Below are positions 16,890-26,369 of a stretch of 52,194 nucleotides of DNA, one piece after another. A program made the position numbers and the translations under genes. Under the pieces are notes generated by a model. It did no database searches. It saw only the letters and a program-made list of their open reading frames with translations, and was not told the DNA's origin. How positions within the stretch are numbered: the stretch's first letter is position 1; every line of letters begins with the position of its first letter. This DNA is from a virus (lineage: Duplodnaviria > Caudoviricetes). The stretch covers positions 1-52,194 of the IMG/VR virus record IMGVR_UViG_3300033141_005196; one strand, written 5' to 3'.

Positions 16890-19163
16890 ATGCACAAATG
16901 GGTCGGACCTTGCGGTCCACTTGATGCACAAATAGTTCTTATCGGTGAGGCTCCAGCCAGGGTAGAGTGTGAAGTAGGTGTGCCATTCAAAGGCTCTGCA
17001 GGAAGGTATTTGGATATGCTCCTCAGAGCTGCGGGACTTCCTCGTGACGCGCTTCGCATCACAAACCTTGTAAAGATGAGAGTCCCACAGGACAAGATTT
17101 CAAAAGTCTCGAAGAAAGAGCTTGCAGTTTGGAAAGAGAAGCTGATTGAGGAAATCAACGATCTCCCAAACGTCAAGGTTATTGTGCCTCTGGGAAATTT
17201 CCCTCTAGAAGCAGTTACTGGAAAGAGCGGAATTACAAACTTCCGTGGCTCACCCTTAAAGCCCATCTCCACAATCAATCACAACTGCATCGTAATTCCA
17301 ACATTTCACCCATCCTACCTCCACTACGGAGGCAATTGGAGTGTGTGGCCGCTCATGGTTGCAGACTTCGCAAAGGCGAAGAGAGTTGCATTTTCGGACG
17401 AGCCTTTCAAATTCCCCACATTTCACTTCACTCTCAAGCCAAGCTTGGAAGAAGTGATAGAAACTGTGGAGATGCTAGTCCGAGAGGCAAGGCCGGCGGT
17501 CATCGATGTCGAAACACCACATAACTTACTTTCCTGCATCGGCCTCGGTTGGAGCAGACAAGATGCAATTTGCGTCCCTTTCTTTATGGGAAATGGCGCA
17601 AATTATTGGACCGAGGAGCAAGAACTCTTCCTCTGGAAGTTTCTCGCTAAGAATCTTCCCAAGCTCGAACTCCGCGCCCACAACTCCCTCTTTGACTGGA
17701 GGGTTCTCTTAGAGCACGGAATTCACCTCAAGCCGCCCATCTGGGACTCGATGTTCATGCATCACTGTCTCTATAGTGATCTACCCCACAAGTTAGATAT
17801 CGTAACCAGTATCTACACAGACATTGCATACTACAAGAGCGACGAGGACGAAATAAAAGGCTCCGCACTTTTTGCAGGACGGGAGCTTGAACACTGGGAG
17901 TATAACTGCATGGACTGTGTGGCCACATTTTGGTGCATCGAAGAACTAAAGCAAGAGCTTGAAGAGGAAGAGATGCTCGGTGTCTATCACGATCTCTATG
18001 TCGAGATGTTCGAGCCTATCTTCAAACTCAACATTCGAGGAACTCCCGTTGATCTAGAAAGACTAGCCGAGGCCAGAGAGGTTCTGAAGAAGCTAATTTC
18101 TCAATACACGCAGGAAATCCAAGATGCCACTGGCATGCTAATAAACGCAAACTCCCCAAAGCAGGTTGCAGAGTTGCTCTATGGCAAGCTTGGAATGCAA
18201 CGGTACAAGCGCGGAGGCTCTACGTCGAAAGATGTACTTAAGCAACTGGCGCATAAGTATCAAACCGACGTGCCCCTGAAGATCATTGACATCCGTGAAG
18301 CCCGCAGACAGCTTGGTCTCTTCTCAGATGAAAATGTTCAAGAAGGCCGTGTGAAGTGTGAGTACTCTCTTACCCGCACTGCCACAGGTCGTCTTGCCTC
18401 TCGAAAGGGCCGTAGAGGAGGAATGAATCTGCAAAACGTAAAACGTGGAGAGCAACGTCGCTTCTTCACAGCTGAGCCTGGAGAGGTTTTGCTCGGAGCA
18501 GATCAATCCCAAGCCGAAGCGAGGATTGTCGCGTGGTATTCGAAAGATCGGAACATGCTAAAACTCTTCGAGAGCGGAGTTTCGATTCACTTGCAAAATG
18601 CGAAGAACGTTTACGGTGAAGATATCTCAAAAAGCGATCCACGTTATACGATAGCGAAGGGTCTGGTGCACGGTGGAAATTATGGCCTCGGACCCAAGAA
18701 GTTCAGCCTTATGACAGGCGTGGACTTTAGCACTTCCAAGTACCTGTTGGAAACATACCATACCAAATACCCAGGAATACGAAAGAACTTCCACAATTAC
18801 GTTGAGAGGGAGATTCAGAGATGCAGAATGCTTTACAATCCATTCGGCCGAAGGCAAGTTTTCCTCGGGAGGCTCGACGACCCTGCAACATTCCGCGCTG
18901 GATATGCATTTCTCCCTCAGAGTACCGTATCCGATGTCAACAAAAAAGCATTGAAGTTTCTAACGAGAGCCGGCTTTAATGTGCTCTTAGAACTTCACGA
19001 CGGAATAATCATCTCAATAAAAGAAAGTGAGCTGAAATTTGGCATTGAGGCCTTTATAGAGGCATACAGCACTGAATTTCGCATTTGGGATTACACATGT
19101 AAACTCCCTATTGAAATCAGCTACGGCCCGAACTGGGCTGATATGGAGGTAGTAGAAATATGA
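16890..19163 (+). CDS. polA: Family A DNA polymerase with N-terminal uracil-DNA-glycosylase-like domain and 3'-5' exonuclease
   Basis: GEAP...PFKGSAG...TFHPS (UDG); DVET, HNSLFD, YNCMD (exonuclease); TGRLAS, DQSQAEAR, K...HG.NYG, LHD (polymerase motifs). Confidence 0.93.
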   Translation: MHKWVGPCGPLDAQIVLIGEAPARVECEVGVPFKGSAGRYLDMLLRAAGLPRDALRITNLVKMRVPQDKISKVSKKELAVWKEKLIEEINDLPNVKVIVPLGNFPLEAVTGKSGITNFRGSPLKPISTINHNCIVIPTFHPSYLHYGGNWSVWPLMVADFAKAKRVAFSDEPFKFPTFHFTLKPSLEEVIETVEMLVREARPAVIDVETPHNLLSCIGLGWSRQDAICVPFFMGNGANYWTEEQELFLWKFLAKNLPKLELRAHNSLFDWRVLLEHGIHLKPPIWDSMFMHHCLYSDLPHKLDIVTSIYTDIAYYKSDEDEIKGSALFAGRELEHWEYNCMDCVATFWCIEELKQELEEEEMLGVYHDLYVEMFEPIFKLNIRGTPVDLERLAEAREVLKKLISQYTQEIQDATGMLINANSPKQVAELLYGKLGMQRYKRGGSTSKDVLKQLAHKYQTDVPLKIIDIREARRQLGLFSDENVQEGRVKCEYSLTRTATGRLASRKGRRGGMNLQNVKRGEQRRFFTAEPGEVLLGADQSQAEARIVAWYSKDRNMLKLFESGVSIHLQNAKNVYGEDISKSDPRYTIAKGLVHGGNYGLGPKKFSLMTGVDFSTSKYLLETYHTKYPGIRKNFHNYVEREIQRCRMLYNPFGRRQVFLGRLDDPATFRAGYAFLPQSTVSDVNKKALKFLTRAGFNVLLELHDGIIISIKESELKFGIEAFIEAYSTEFRIWDYTCKLPIEISYGPNWADMEVVEI

Positions 19164-19480
19164 AAGTAGTCTACATCGCCGGACCCTACCGAGCACGAAC
19201 GGTCTTCGGAAGGGTTTTAAATATTCTCCGCGCCCGATCCGAGGCTAAAAAGTGGTGGGCAATGGGTTATGCTGTAGTGTGTCCTCACATGAACAGTGCA
19301 CTTTTCGACCGCATCGCTCCAGAGACAACGTTCCTCGATGGCTATCTTGAGATTCTGTGTAGATGTGATGAGCTTGTGCTGCTTAAATCGTGGAAGAAGT
19401 CAGCTGGATCAGTAATAGAAAAGCGCGTTGCAGTACAGCGTGATATGAGGATTCACTATGCCGACGGACAGGATCTTTAA
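19160..19480 (+). CDS. DUF4406/DUF1937-like protein (nucleoside 2-deoxyribosyltransferase fold)
   Basis: VYIAGPY, CPH.NS, CD...L..W..SAGS..E. Confidence 0.75.
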   Translation: MKVVYIAGPYRARTVFGRVLNILRARSEAKKWWAMGYAVVCPHMNSALFDRIAPETTFLDGYLEILCRCDELVLLKSWKKSAGSVIEKRVAVQRDMRIHYADGQDL

Positions 19481-20645
19481 AGATGGTTGGTTGCAGGCAT
19501 ATAGAGACTACATCGTCAAGCAGGAATCACCGGACATCTTCCATATGTGGGTGGGGCTGACTGTCTTAGCAAGTACTTTAAGACGAAACGTATGGATGGA
19601 TCGAGGAGCATATCAGCTTCTACCAAACATGTACGTATTCCTCATCGCTCGATCTGGAGTGTGCCGCAAGTCTGTAGCGATGGAGATAGGGGTCGATCTG
19701 CTATCTGCCCTTGAGGCCAAAATCAACATCGTTCGAGGTCGGATGAGCCTAGAGGGTCTCATGGACCAGATGTGCAGGGTGGCTATTACCCCCGAGGATA
19801 AGATCGTACCAGACGGGAGTGTAATGATCCAATCCGATGAGCTGTCGTATCTCTTCGGAAAGGCATCATACATCACAGACCTCCTGACATTCTTGACTGC
19901 CGCATACACCGGCAAAGCAAGTCTGGACTTCCTCACCCGAAATAAGGGCTTGTGCAAGGTTAGAAATCCCTGCCCCTGTGTCCTCTCTGCCTGTACACCG
20001 GAGCAGCTTGGTGAGGTTTTTCCGTCCATGTCCCTGGTGAGTGGGTTCATGGGACGGGTGATCCTCGTCTATGGTGAGCAGACAAGTCGAATTGCAAAAC
20101 CTGAGCTTCGAGAGGAGATGAAGGAAGATTTGATCTTGGATCTCAACACAATTTCAGAACTCTACGGGGAGATAAAAATGACTCCGGAATGCGAAACCGC
20201 CTTTGATCGCTGGTATGAAGCTCTTCCACTTCAAGTCCCATCTGAGCTCAGCTCATTCTATGAACGAAAGCATGACCACGTGCTAAAAGTCGCAATGCTT
20301 TTGTCGGTGAGCAAGTCGAGCAACTTAATTGTTGATCTTGAAATCCTACAACAAGCCATCGCACTTGTTGAGTTGATCGAAGAAAGCCTGCCTCGAGCCG
20401 TTGCTTACATAGGAGCCACGCAGCAAGCCTACGTTGGAGATCTAATCTACGGCTTCGTTGCATCGAGTGACGAGCCAGTTTCACACTCCGTACTTCTACG
20501 TCGCTTTTACAAGAAGCTGAACCAGGGAGCCGGAGAGTTTGCTCAGATCATAGACAGCCTCAAGGAAGCTGGAAGAATCAAAGAAGTCGTGACTGACAAG
20601 GGAATCTTCTACAAGGCTGATCGAAGAAGGAGGGGAAGGTTATGA
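19458..20645 (+). CDS. DUF3987-like P-loop ATPase (putative primase/helicase-associated) with C-terminal winged helix
   Basis: ESP..FH.W, PNMYVFLIARSGVCRKS, DELS, GFMGR; follows the polymerase. Confidence 0.75.
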   Translation: MPTDRIFKDGWLQAYRDYIVKQESPDIFHMWVGLTVLASTLRRNVWMDRGAYQLLPNMYVFLIARSGVCRKSVAMEIGVDLLSALEAKINIVRGRMSLEGLMDQMCRVAITPEDKIVPDGSVMIQSDELSYLFGKASYITDLLTFLTAAYTGKASLDFLTRNKGLCKVRNPCPCVLSACTPEQLGEVFPSMSLVSGFMGRVILVYGEQTSRIAKPELREEMKEDLILDLNTISELYGEIKMTPECETAFDRWYEALPLQVPSELSSFYERKHDHVLKVAMLLSVSKSSNLIVDLEILQQAIALVELIEESLPRAVAYIGATQQAYVGDLIYGFVASSDEPVSHSVLLRRFYKKLNQGAGEFAQIIDSLKEAGRIKEVVTDKGIFYKADRRRRGRL

Positions 20646-20815
20646 AAGAAACAGAAATTGGAAAGGCAGATATATGTGAATATTGCGTTCACCAGGGTTT
20701 TCGTTACATGAAAAAGGAAAAGATAACCTACTGTCGCGTCATACCCGCTATTGACAAGGATGGACATTGCTGGTCATTCCGCAAATGGCCACAGACAAGG
20801 GAGAGTGAGAGATGA
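20642..20815 (+). CDS. Small Cys-containing protein (57 aa)
   Basis: ATGA-coupled ORF. Confidence 0.5.
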   Translation: MKETEIGKADICEYCVHQGFRYMKKEKITYCRVIPAIDKDGHCWSFRKWPQTRESER

Positions 20816-20934
20816 AAGAGCAAGATTTTCATGTATTTGTTCACGAACTCAGACTTCTGCTTGAGAAATTCGAGGCAGGGGCAACAGAAATCCTTAGAGC
20901 ACTTGCAGTGATCTTAAATCCTAAGTCCTCTTAG
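20812..20934 (+). CDS. Small hypothetical protein (40 aa), last + strand gene
   Basis: ATGA-coupled ORF. Confidence 0.45.
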   Translation: MKEQDFHVFVHELRLLLEKFEAGATEILRALAVILNPKSS

Positions 20935-21094
20935 CAGTTCTCACCGCACGGACGAGGTAGCCAATGATCCCACCACAAATCGTTGAGACAATGTTGCTAC
21001 CTTGTCCGCCCCACTTCCAAATAACAACCACACCAATTCCGGTCAAGCAGAGTATACTTGTAACTTCAGTTACTACATCCTTCCAGTCATTCAT
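20921..21094 (-). CDS. Small two-TM protein, holin candidate (57 aa)
   Basis: MNDWKDVVTEVTSILCLTGIGVVVIWKWGGQGSNIVSTICGGIIGYLVRAVRTAKRT; basic C-terminus; end of lysis cassette; absent from the ORF track. Confidence 0.55.
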   Translation of the reverse strand: MNDWKDVVTEVTSILCLTGIGVVVIWKWGGQGSNIVSTICGGIIGYLVRAVRTAKRT

Positions 21095-21426
21095 TTCCCT
21101 ACCTCCTTCATAATCTGTTGCTGCTCGATGCGGAGTTGTTTGAGATCGTACTCAAGCTGCCTCATTTCCTGCTTCACCTCTTGCGGACATTCCGGCTTTG
21201 GAGGACAGCCAAAGCGATCTTGAAGTGACCAGAGTCTTTGTTGCTTCGTCGCAATCACAAAATTGAGCTGAATGAGATCCGACTTTCTAAGAGCCCTTAT
21301 TGCTATGGTTTTAGTTTCTCTCAGCTCTTCTGCTGTGGCATAGTGCTCTTCAAGAAAGTATACGCCCGACACGACAGCTCCAAGGAGTACCAGTACACCC
21401 AAGATCGCATTGATCTTATTCCACAT
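21091..21426 (-). CDS. N-terminal TM plus coiled-coil protein (i-spanin/holin-like)
   Basis: MWNKINAILGVLVLLGAVVSGVYFL then coiled coil. Confidence 0.55.
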   Translation of the reverse strand: MWNKINAILGVLVLLGAVVSGVYFLEEHYATAEELRETKTIAIRALRKSDLIQLNFVIATKQQRLWSLQDRFGCPPKPECPQEVKQEMRQLEYDLKQLRIEQQQIMKEVGK

Positions 21427-21598
21427 CTGGAAGATTCTCCGCCCGATACTCGGGTTGCATGTACTTCGCATCAACATCGACAAGAAACTTCTGATATTCT
21501 TCTGGTGTCATTCCAGCCATCCTTGCATGGAAAATATAAAGTTGAGCAAGGACTTTTACAAGCTCCAGTCCAGCACCTATAACTAGCTCTCCACCCAT
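21416..21598 (-). CDS. Small lysis-cassette protein
   Basis: RBS GGAGG; coupled to neighbours. Confidence 0.6.
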   Translation of the reverse strand: MGGELVIGAGLELVKVLAQLYIFHARMAGMTPEEYQKFLVDVDAKYMQPEYRAENLPDVE

Positions 21599-21599
21599 T

Positions 21600-22004
21600 T
21601 TAACCTCCCATTGCCATAGTTTGCAGGTCGTTAATCAAGTCCAATATCGCTTGTTCTGCATCTGGCGTTGGACTCTGCCCCGCTTTCACAAAGGTTCGAT
21701 AGGTCATGATGACGTGATCTGCATGCTCCAAAAACTTCTTCTTATGTCGAAGTAACTCCTTCATTTCCTCACTTAAGTTTGGCCTGGCGATTTGGGTTTT
21801 GTAATCATCTATCTGCCCCGTGTACAGATTCTGTGCCATCGCGAGCCGATCTTGTGGTGCATCTGGAATTGCGGGGAGATGTACATTCATCGTCTCACAC
21901 GACGTCAATGCCAAGATCCCAAATGCAAATCCAGACAGAATCAGGAACACCCCTAAAACCAAACAGACGAGTATCTTATGCTCTGCCTTTAAATGGATCA
22001 ACAT
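21600..22004 (-). CDS. Putative lipoprotein (spanin-like)
   Basis: Hydrophobic leader ending in lipobox LTS-C; adjacent to the endolysin. Confidence 0.6.
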   Translation of the reverse strand: MLIHLKAEHKILVCLVLGVFLILSGFAFGILALTSCETMNVHLPAIPDAPQDRLAMAQNLYTGQIDDYKTQIARPNLSEEMKELLRHKKKFLEHADHVIMTYRTFVKAGQSPTPDAEQAILDLINDLQTMAMGG

Positions 22005-22506
22005 AAATCCTCCTTCCACTGCGTGACTCTATAGGTCGCAGTTTGATAAAAGCATTGTGCAAGATTGCATCATCTCGACTTCTTACAAATCGTCCACCGC
22101 CACTTGCGCCGATCGAAAATCTACTGTTGTAGCAGATCTCAACATGCTCTGCTCTTCCCTCAACACCCACCCAAAACACGAGACATCCCTCTGACGGCTC
22201 CGAGACAATTCTTCTCTTCCATCTTCTCAAAAGGCCGTCCGCAGTCCAATCTCCACCTCTTGGAAGCAGGCCTAACGCTTTCCCACACTCAACGACCAAA
22301 CCGGAGCAATCGAATCCAGATGGATCATCTCCTCCCCAAGTATACCAAGTCCCCAGCCAACTCCACGCATAGTCTACAAGTAACTCTCGATCAGAGAGGC
22401 GGATTGTCTCATTCAACTCTTTCTCAAGATTTTTGACATTCAACGCACACTTCAGACAGAAGGTACGAACTGTGTGTGCCAAATTGTCTCGATATGCTCT
22501 ATTCAT
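21976..22506 (-). CDS. NlpC/P60 peptidoglycan endopeptidase (endolysin)
   Basis: YTWGGDDPSGFDCSGLV, G.LVFW, HVEI. Confidence 0.85.
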   Translation of the reverse strand: MNRAYRDNLAHTVRTFCLKCALNVKNLEKELNETIRLSDRELLVDYAWSWLGTWYTWGGDDPSGFDCSGLVVECGKALGLLPRGGDWTADGLLRRWKRRIVSEPSEGCLVFWVGVEGRAEHVEICYNSRFSIGASGGGRFVRSRDDAILHNAFIKLRPIESRSGRRIYVDPFKGRA

Positions 22507-22841
22507 AACGTTATTTTATTCTCATCCCCCTTCAACCCACTATGGCCGTGTGCTTCCAACTTCTCAATTCTCTCCGTTATGTGTATCGCACAAGCTTTTT
22601 GCCTCTCTCGACAAAGTTTCTCAAGCTCACACTTCAAGTTTTTGGTTATTACATGCATTTCACTCTTAATACACTTCTGCTCCTTCTTTACCTCAGCTAT
22701 GTCTTTCTTCACTGTAGCAACAGCTTCAGTAAGTATCCTCACTGATGTCATGATATAAGACCTAATTGCCCAAGCCAAGAGCGAAGTACCAAGTCCAGTG
22801 CATCCAGTCAACACAAGCGTGTAGAAGATTCGATCTTTCAC
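22503..22841 (-). CDS. TM plus coiled-coil protein (holin/antiholin-like)
   Basis: N-terminal hydrophobic helix; immediately upstream of the endolysin. Confidence 0.55.
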   Translation of the reverse strand: MKDRIFYTLVLTGCTGLGTSLLAWAIRSYIMTSVRILTEAVATVKKDIAEVKKEQKCIKSEMHVITKNLKCELEKLCRERQKACAIHITERIEKLEAHGHSGLKGDENKITL

Positions 22842-22863
22842 CTCACTATCTCACCTCCCTTCC

Positions 22864-24141
22864 TCAGTCTACCTTTGACTCCTGACCCCACCAGATAATC
22901 TTCTTCTCCAAACTTGGAAGCCACCGAAATCCGCCATAGTTATCAGTGTTTCCAAGTGCGCTGCATCGATCATAGCTTCTATCACACCACGTTTCGGAGC
23001 CGGAGTATTTGCATTCAGTCCCTTTAAACTTTTTCCATCTACAAGATGGCGAATAAGTCGAGAGAGTTCGCTGAGACCATCGAACAAGTTCATCAGACAC
23101 AGTAATTCTAACAGCTTCCTCAGTTAGGCTCCACGAATCAATCTCACCTTGGTGGACGATCACTGCACCTGGGCCAACGAATTCCCCATCCGACAACTTC
23201 GTAATTTCCTCACTACTCGGAGTTCGATCGTACAGTAATATTTGCTTCATCCTGCAATACGAATATCGACTCGAAATTCCTCCGCCAATGTGAACAGAAG
23301 CACTTGTCATATCAGTTCCAGAGCCATTTGCATCATTTATCGCCGAGCCGGCTCCAATGTAAGAACCGTCAACATACAACTTGGCTTTGTTATCGGAAGT
23401 ATCGAAATATCCAACAACATTATACCAGGCATCGTAGTCGGGGATCGAATAGCCCACTGAGGAGATATTCCCCGAACTGTCCTCGAACCTGATGACTATC
23501 TTATTTGGCGATGTGTCATATCTAAGATACAAACCAAACTTTCCACCGATGTGCTTCGAGCAGGCAATGTGATAGAGAGTAGCTGAGCTCTGCTCAGAGA
23601 TTGGCTTGATCTGCGCTACAAAGCACTTAATCGAGTCGAGATCCGACGCGTCTGGCACCTCTATGTACTCATCTGTTCCATTAAACTGAACTCTGTTGTA
23701 ATTCCAGTCGCTTTGATCTAAGTTGTAAGCGGTGCCAATATGACCGTTTCCACTTTCGTCACGAAGTGTGTCACCAAAACCATCATCACAAGGCCAGTAT
23801 GCCACTGGCCCTGTAACCTGAGCCACGGGCTTTAAATCGGAGTCTAGAGCTATGAGTTTAAGCGTAACATCCGTCTTCTGTGGCGTTCCGCCGACAAAGT
23901 AGGTTGTCAGGGCTTGATCAAGATTCGCAACCTCAACATCCATCGTCAGCACAAGTTGATCTGCACCGTAGGTGATTGGTTGAATTCGATATGGATGCGG
24001 AGTGTAGAGGTTTCCGTCTACATAAAGTGGAATGTCACAATCAGTGAAATACGAACCGCTTACCTCAAGATAAAGCAGGGAGAAGATTCTGATCTCTTCG
24101 TTCTGAAGTTGATCAAGAACTCTAGCATCTAGGTATCGCAT
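22864..24141 (-). CDS. Tail-tip protein (DUF2163/BR0599, lambda gpL-like) with inserted LamG domain
   Basis: N-terminal FTDCDIPL, C-terminal C...C......CD....C...N..NYGGF; central AYWP.DDG...FNGTDEYI...LYVDG...LYDR LamG motifs. Confidence 0.8.
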   Translation of the reverse strand: MRYLDARVLDQLQNEEIRIFSLLYLEVSGSYFTDCDIPLYVDGNLYTPHPYRIQPITYGADQLVLTMDVEVANLDQALTTYFVGGTPQKTDVTLKLIALDSDLKPVAQVTGPVAYWPCDDGFGDTLRDESGNGHIGTAYNLDQSDWNYNRVQFNGTDEYIEVPDASDLDSIKCFVAQIKPISEQSSATLYHIACSKHIGGKFGLYLRYDTSPNKIVIRFEDSSGNISSVGYSIPDYDAWYNVVGYFDTSDNKAKLYVDGSYIGAGSAINDANGSGTDMTSASVHIGGGISSRYSYCRMKQILLYDRTPSSEEITKLSDGEFVGPGAVIVHQGEIDSWSLTEEAVRITVSDELVRWSQRTLSTYSPSCRWKKFKGTECKYSGSETWCDRSYDRCSALGNTDNYGGFRWLPSLEKKIIWWGQESKVD

Positions 24142-24162
24142 CTGACACAGCCTCGTATTTTG

Positions 24163-24186
24163 GTAATTTTACCGCGTTAAAATTAC
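24163..24186. promoter_or_regulatory. 24-bp palindromic site, copy 3 (GTAATTTTA-CCGCGT-TAAAATTAC)
   Basis: Direct reading. Confidence 0.8.
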
Positions 24187-24381
24187 ACTGTCTGCCTTAT
24201 TTGATAGTTATACTTACATCTGTAATGTGGGCCCGTGCAGCCCATCAGTATCCCACCATAGAAAATCTATCGAACCAGATTGTTGCCACCTCCTTGTGCA
24301 TCTCAATGCTTTTGTTTTATCCTCCATTTTTATTCTACCACCAGAAACCAAATCCCCAAAAACCAGTCTCCCAGCTCCACT

Positions 24382-24720
24382 CTATTCTTTCGACAATCTT
24401 ACCCCGCCCGGTTTCCCAGGAAGTCCTTTGCTGAAAACGAAAGGGTCAGACCACTCCGACTCGCCCCAAATGTTGACAGCCTTGGCTTTGGCCGTGAAGT
24501 CACCATCCGGCAGCACCTGTTCGTACAGATCGACCTTGAAACCGTACTTGCCGGTAGGGTCTGGTTCAACATGGTTCAGAACCCTATTGCCAATCTCTAC
24601 TACATAGTAATCAAGCTGCTCACCTGCCTGTGGTGGATCGCAGACGAGAAATGGGGCAGACCAGACGGCTGTGGTCAAGGCCAAAAACACAATTACCAAG
24701 AACAAGACTTTCACTTTCAT
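24382..24720 (-). CDS. Signal-peptide protein with FN3/Ig-like domain
   Basis: MKVKVLFLVIVFLALTTAVWS-APF; AKAVNIWGESEWS FN3-type C-terminus. Confidence 0.7.
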   Translation of the reverse strand: MKVKVLFLVIVFLALTTAVWSAPFLVCDPPQAGEQLDYYVVEIGNRVLNHVEPDPTGKYGFKVDLYEQVLPDGDFTAKAKAVNIWGESEWSDPFVFSKGLPGKPGGVRLSKE

Positions 24721-26369
24721 TGTAGCGATACTCCTATCAGAGTGCAACCTTTTAGCATCTTCTGTCCTGCATTCAGTGGATGCGGATAGGTATATGGAGT
24801 ATAGTAAAGTGTCCATGTATTGGTTGCCGTACATTTATATAAGACTCCGTCTGCACCATTTTGCTGAACACCATATGGATTAGACGAACTTTCATTCCAT
24901 GAGCCCTGATCCGTGGCAAAATAAGCCACACCTTTGGTGCATGTTGTCGGTCTGTTTGCCAGAGTACCCCAGCCAACGCCGGAAGTGCCATCAAAGGGGT
25001 TTGTCTGTGATGTCTGGACGCCACTTGCTTGCTCGTAATAGTCTCTATCTGATTGCACCCTGTAGCCACTAGTAGTATCTGTCTGGTTTTTATAAACCGC
25101 CCCTCCCCATCCGGCCACAACACTGATGTTGTTATTCCAGGTATATACTGGTTCCAGGGCTTGATTCGGCCAATCTATGCCGTTTGTCGTGTCGTTTATC
25201 TTATTTGGAAAGTTGCCAGTAAGAAGATCGCCTTTTCCTCTTCCAGGCTGGTCTAGGCAAGCATAACCAGTACCAGCACTTGAGTTTTCATCCCAGTCGG
25301 AACCAGTGCCATTGAAGTCTGTCCCGCAATAGCCCCATCCATTCGGAGTAGCTGTTTGCGAATAGGTGGTATCATCTTTTCTGGTAACCCTAAAAACTAT
25401 TCCATTTTTGTAGCAGTTTACTGCTTCATTGCCCCAGACAAGAGCCGTACCTGATTGGAGTGAGAGAAGAGTAAAATTAGGTCCATTAGGAGCGTTCAGT
25501 GCAGCACTGCTCTCTGTAGATTTATTGCCATAGCACTCAACTGCCCTTACGCCACGGTCACCACCAGCATGACCTGTCCCATGCTCCTCCAGAGCACAGC
25601 TATCGTGGAAGCTGTTGAATCGTATCACTGCCCTAGCTGCAGACCACCCATCAAACAACCGTGTTTCATAACCACCAGAGGTGCTTGGATAGCCATTTAC
25701 CTGATTGTCTTCAAAAAAGAAAAAATCACTTGTGCCAAAGTCGGTATCAGCCGCCCAAGTATTGTTCCCTTGACTATCTGTGCCAGCTCCATTGAAGACA
25801 TACACTGCACTCGCACCATAAAGGTCTAGGATACAATGGTCTATTACCCCATAAACTCTGTCACCTATCACTACTATTTTTTGTGATCTAGCCGGGCTGT
25901 CTTGCGTATATGACCTGGTGTCAAAATGACAATGGTCTATACGAACCGTTCCTGGGCCAGTGAAAGCTATGACTCCATTATCTTTCAATGCCCCAGAAGA
26001 ACCGCCTTTAAAAGTTATTCCGGTCATGCGAAATGTACCGGTTGATGAAACAGTAATCTTTAACAACTTAGCGTTAGCATTGTAGTCATCTACGATAACA
26101 GTCTGGTCACCACCACCAACGGCTGACGTTCCGGCCCCCTTCAGCGTCACATTTGCTGGTGCAGTCCATGAAACCTGTGTAGTCCACGAAGTGCCGCCAC
26201 TACATGCAGGAATCACGACAGTATCGCCAGCACTGGCGGAATTCATGGCGGTCTGCACATCTGAAGCGGAGCAGCTCGAAGCATTGATTGTTGCTGCCAG
26301 TGCCTCTTGATAGTCGCACAAGACACATAGTAGGATAATTAAGAAAAGATAGTGCAATTTGCTCATCAT
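24717..26369 (-). CDS. Signal-peptide parallel beta-helix (pectate-lyase-like) protein
   Basis: Leader ending ALA-ATINASSCS..DVQ.A...A.AGDTV.IP; RIDHCHF, GVIDHC, FEDN repeats; C-terminal YTPYTYPHPL. Confidence 0.75.
   Translation of the reverse strand: MMSKLHYLFLIILLCVLCDYQEALAATINASSCSASDVQTAMNSASAGDTVVIPACSGGTSWTTQVSWTAPANVTLKGAGTSAVGGGDQTVIVDDYNANAKLLKITVSSTGTFRMTGITFKGGSSGALKDNGVIAFTGPGTVRIDHCHFDTRSYTQDSPARSQKIVVIGDRVYGVIDHCILDLYGASAVYVFNGAGTDSQGNNTWAADTDFGTSDFFFFEDNQVNGYPSTSGGYETRLFDGWSAARAVIRFNSFHDSCALEEHGTGHAGGDRGVRAVECYGNKSTESSAALNAPNGPNFTLLSLQSGTALVWGNEAVNCYKNGIVFRVTRKDDTTYSQTATPNGWGYCGTDFNGTGSDWDENSSAGTGYACLDQPGRGKGDLLTGNFPNKINDTTNGIDWPNQALEPVYTWNNNISVVAGWGGAVYKNQTDTTSGYRVQSDRDYYEQASGVQTSQTNPFDGTSGVGWGTLANRPTTCTKGVAYFATDQGSWNESSSNPYGVQQNGADGVLYKCTATNTWTLYYTPYTYPHPLNAGQKMLKGCTLIGVSLQ

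Noticed and set aside
24163-24186. 24-bp palindrome as a canonical dif, parS or matS site
   Set aside because: Arms do not match the XerC/XerD, TGTTTCACGTGAAACA or GTGACRNYGTCAC consensus; only the geometry is similar
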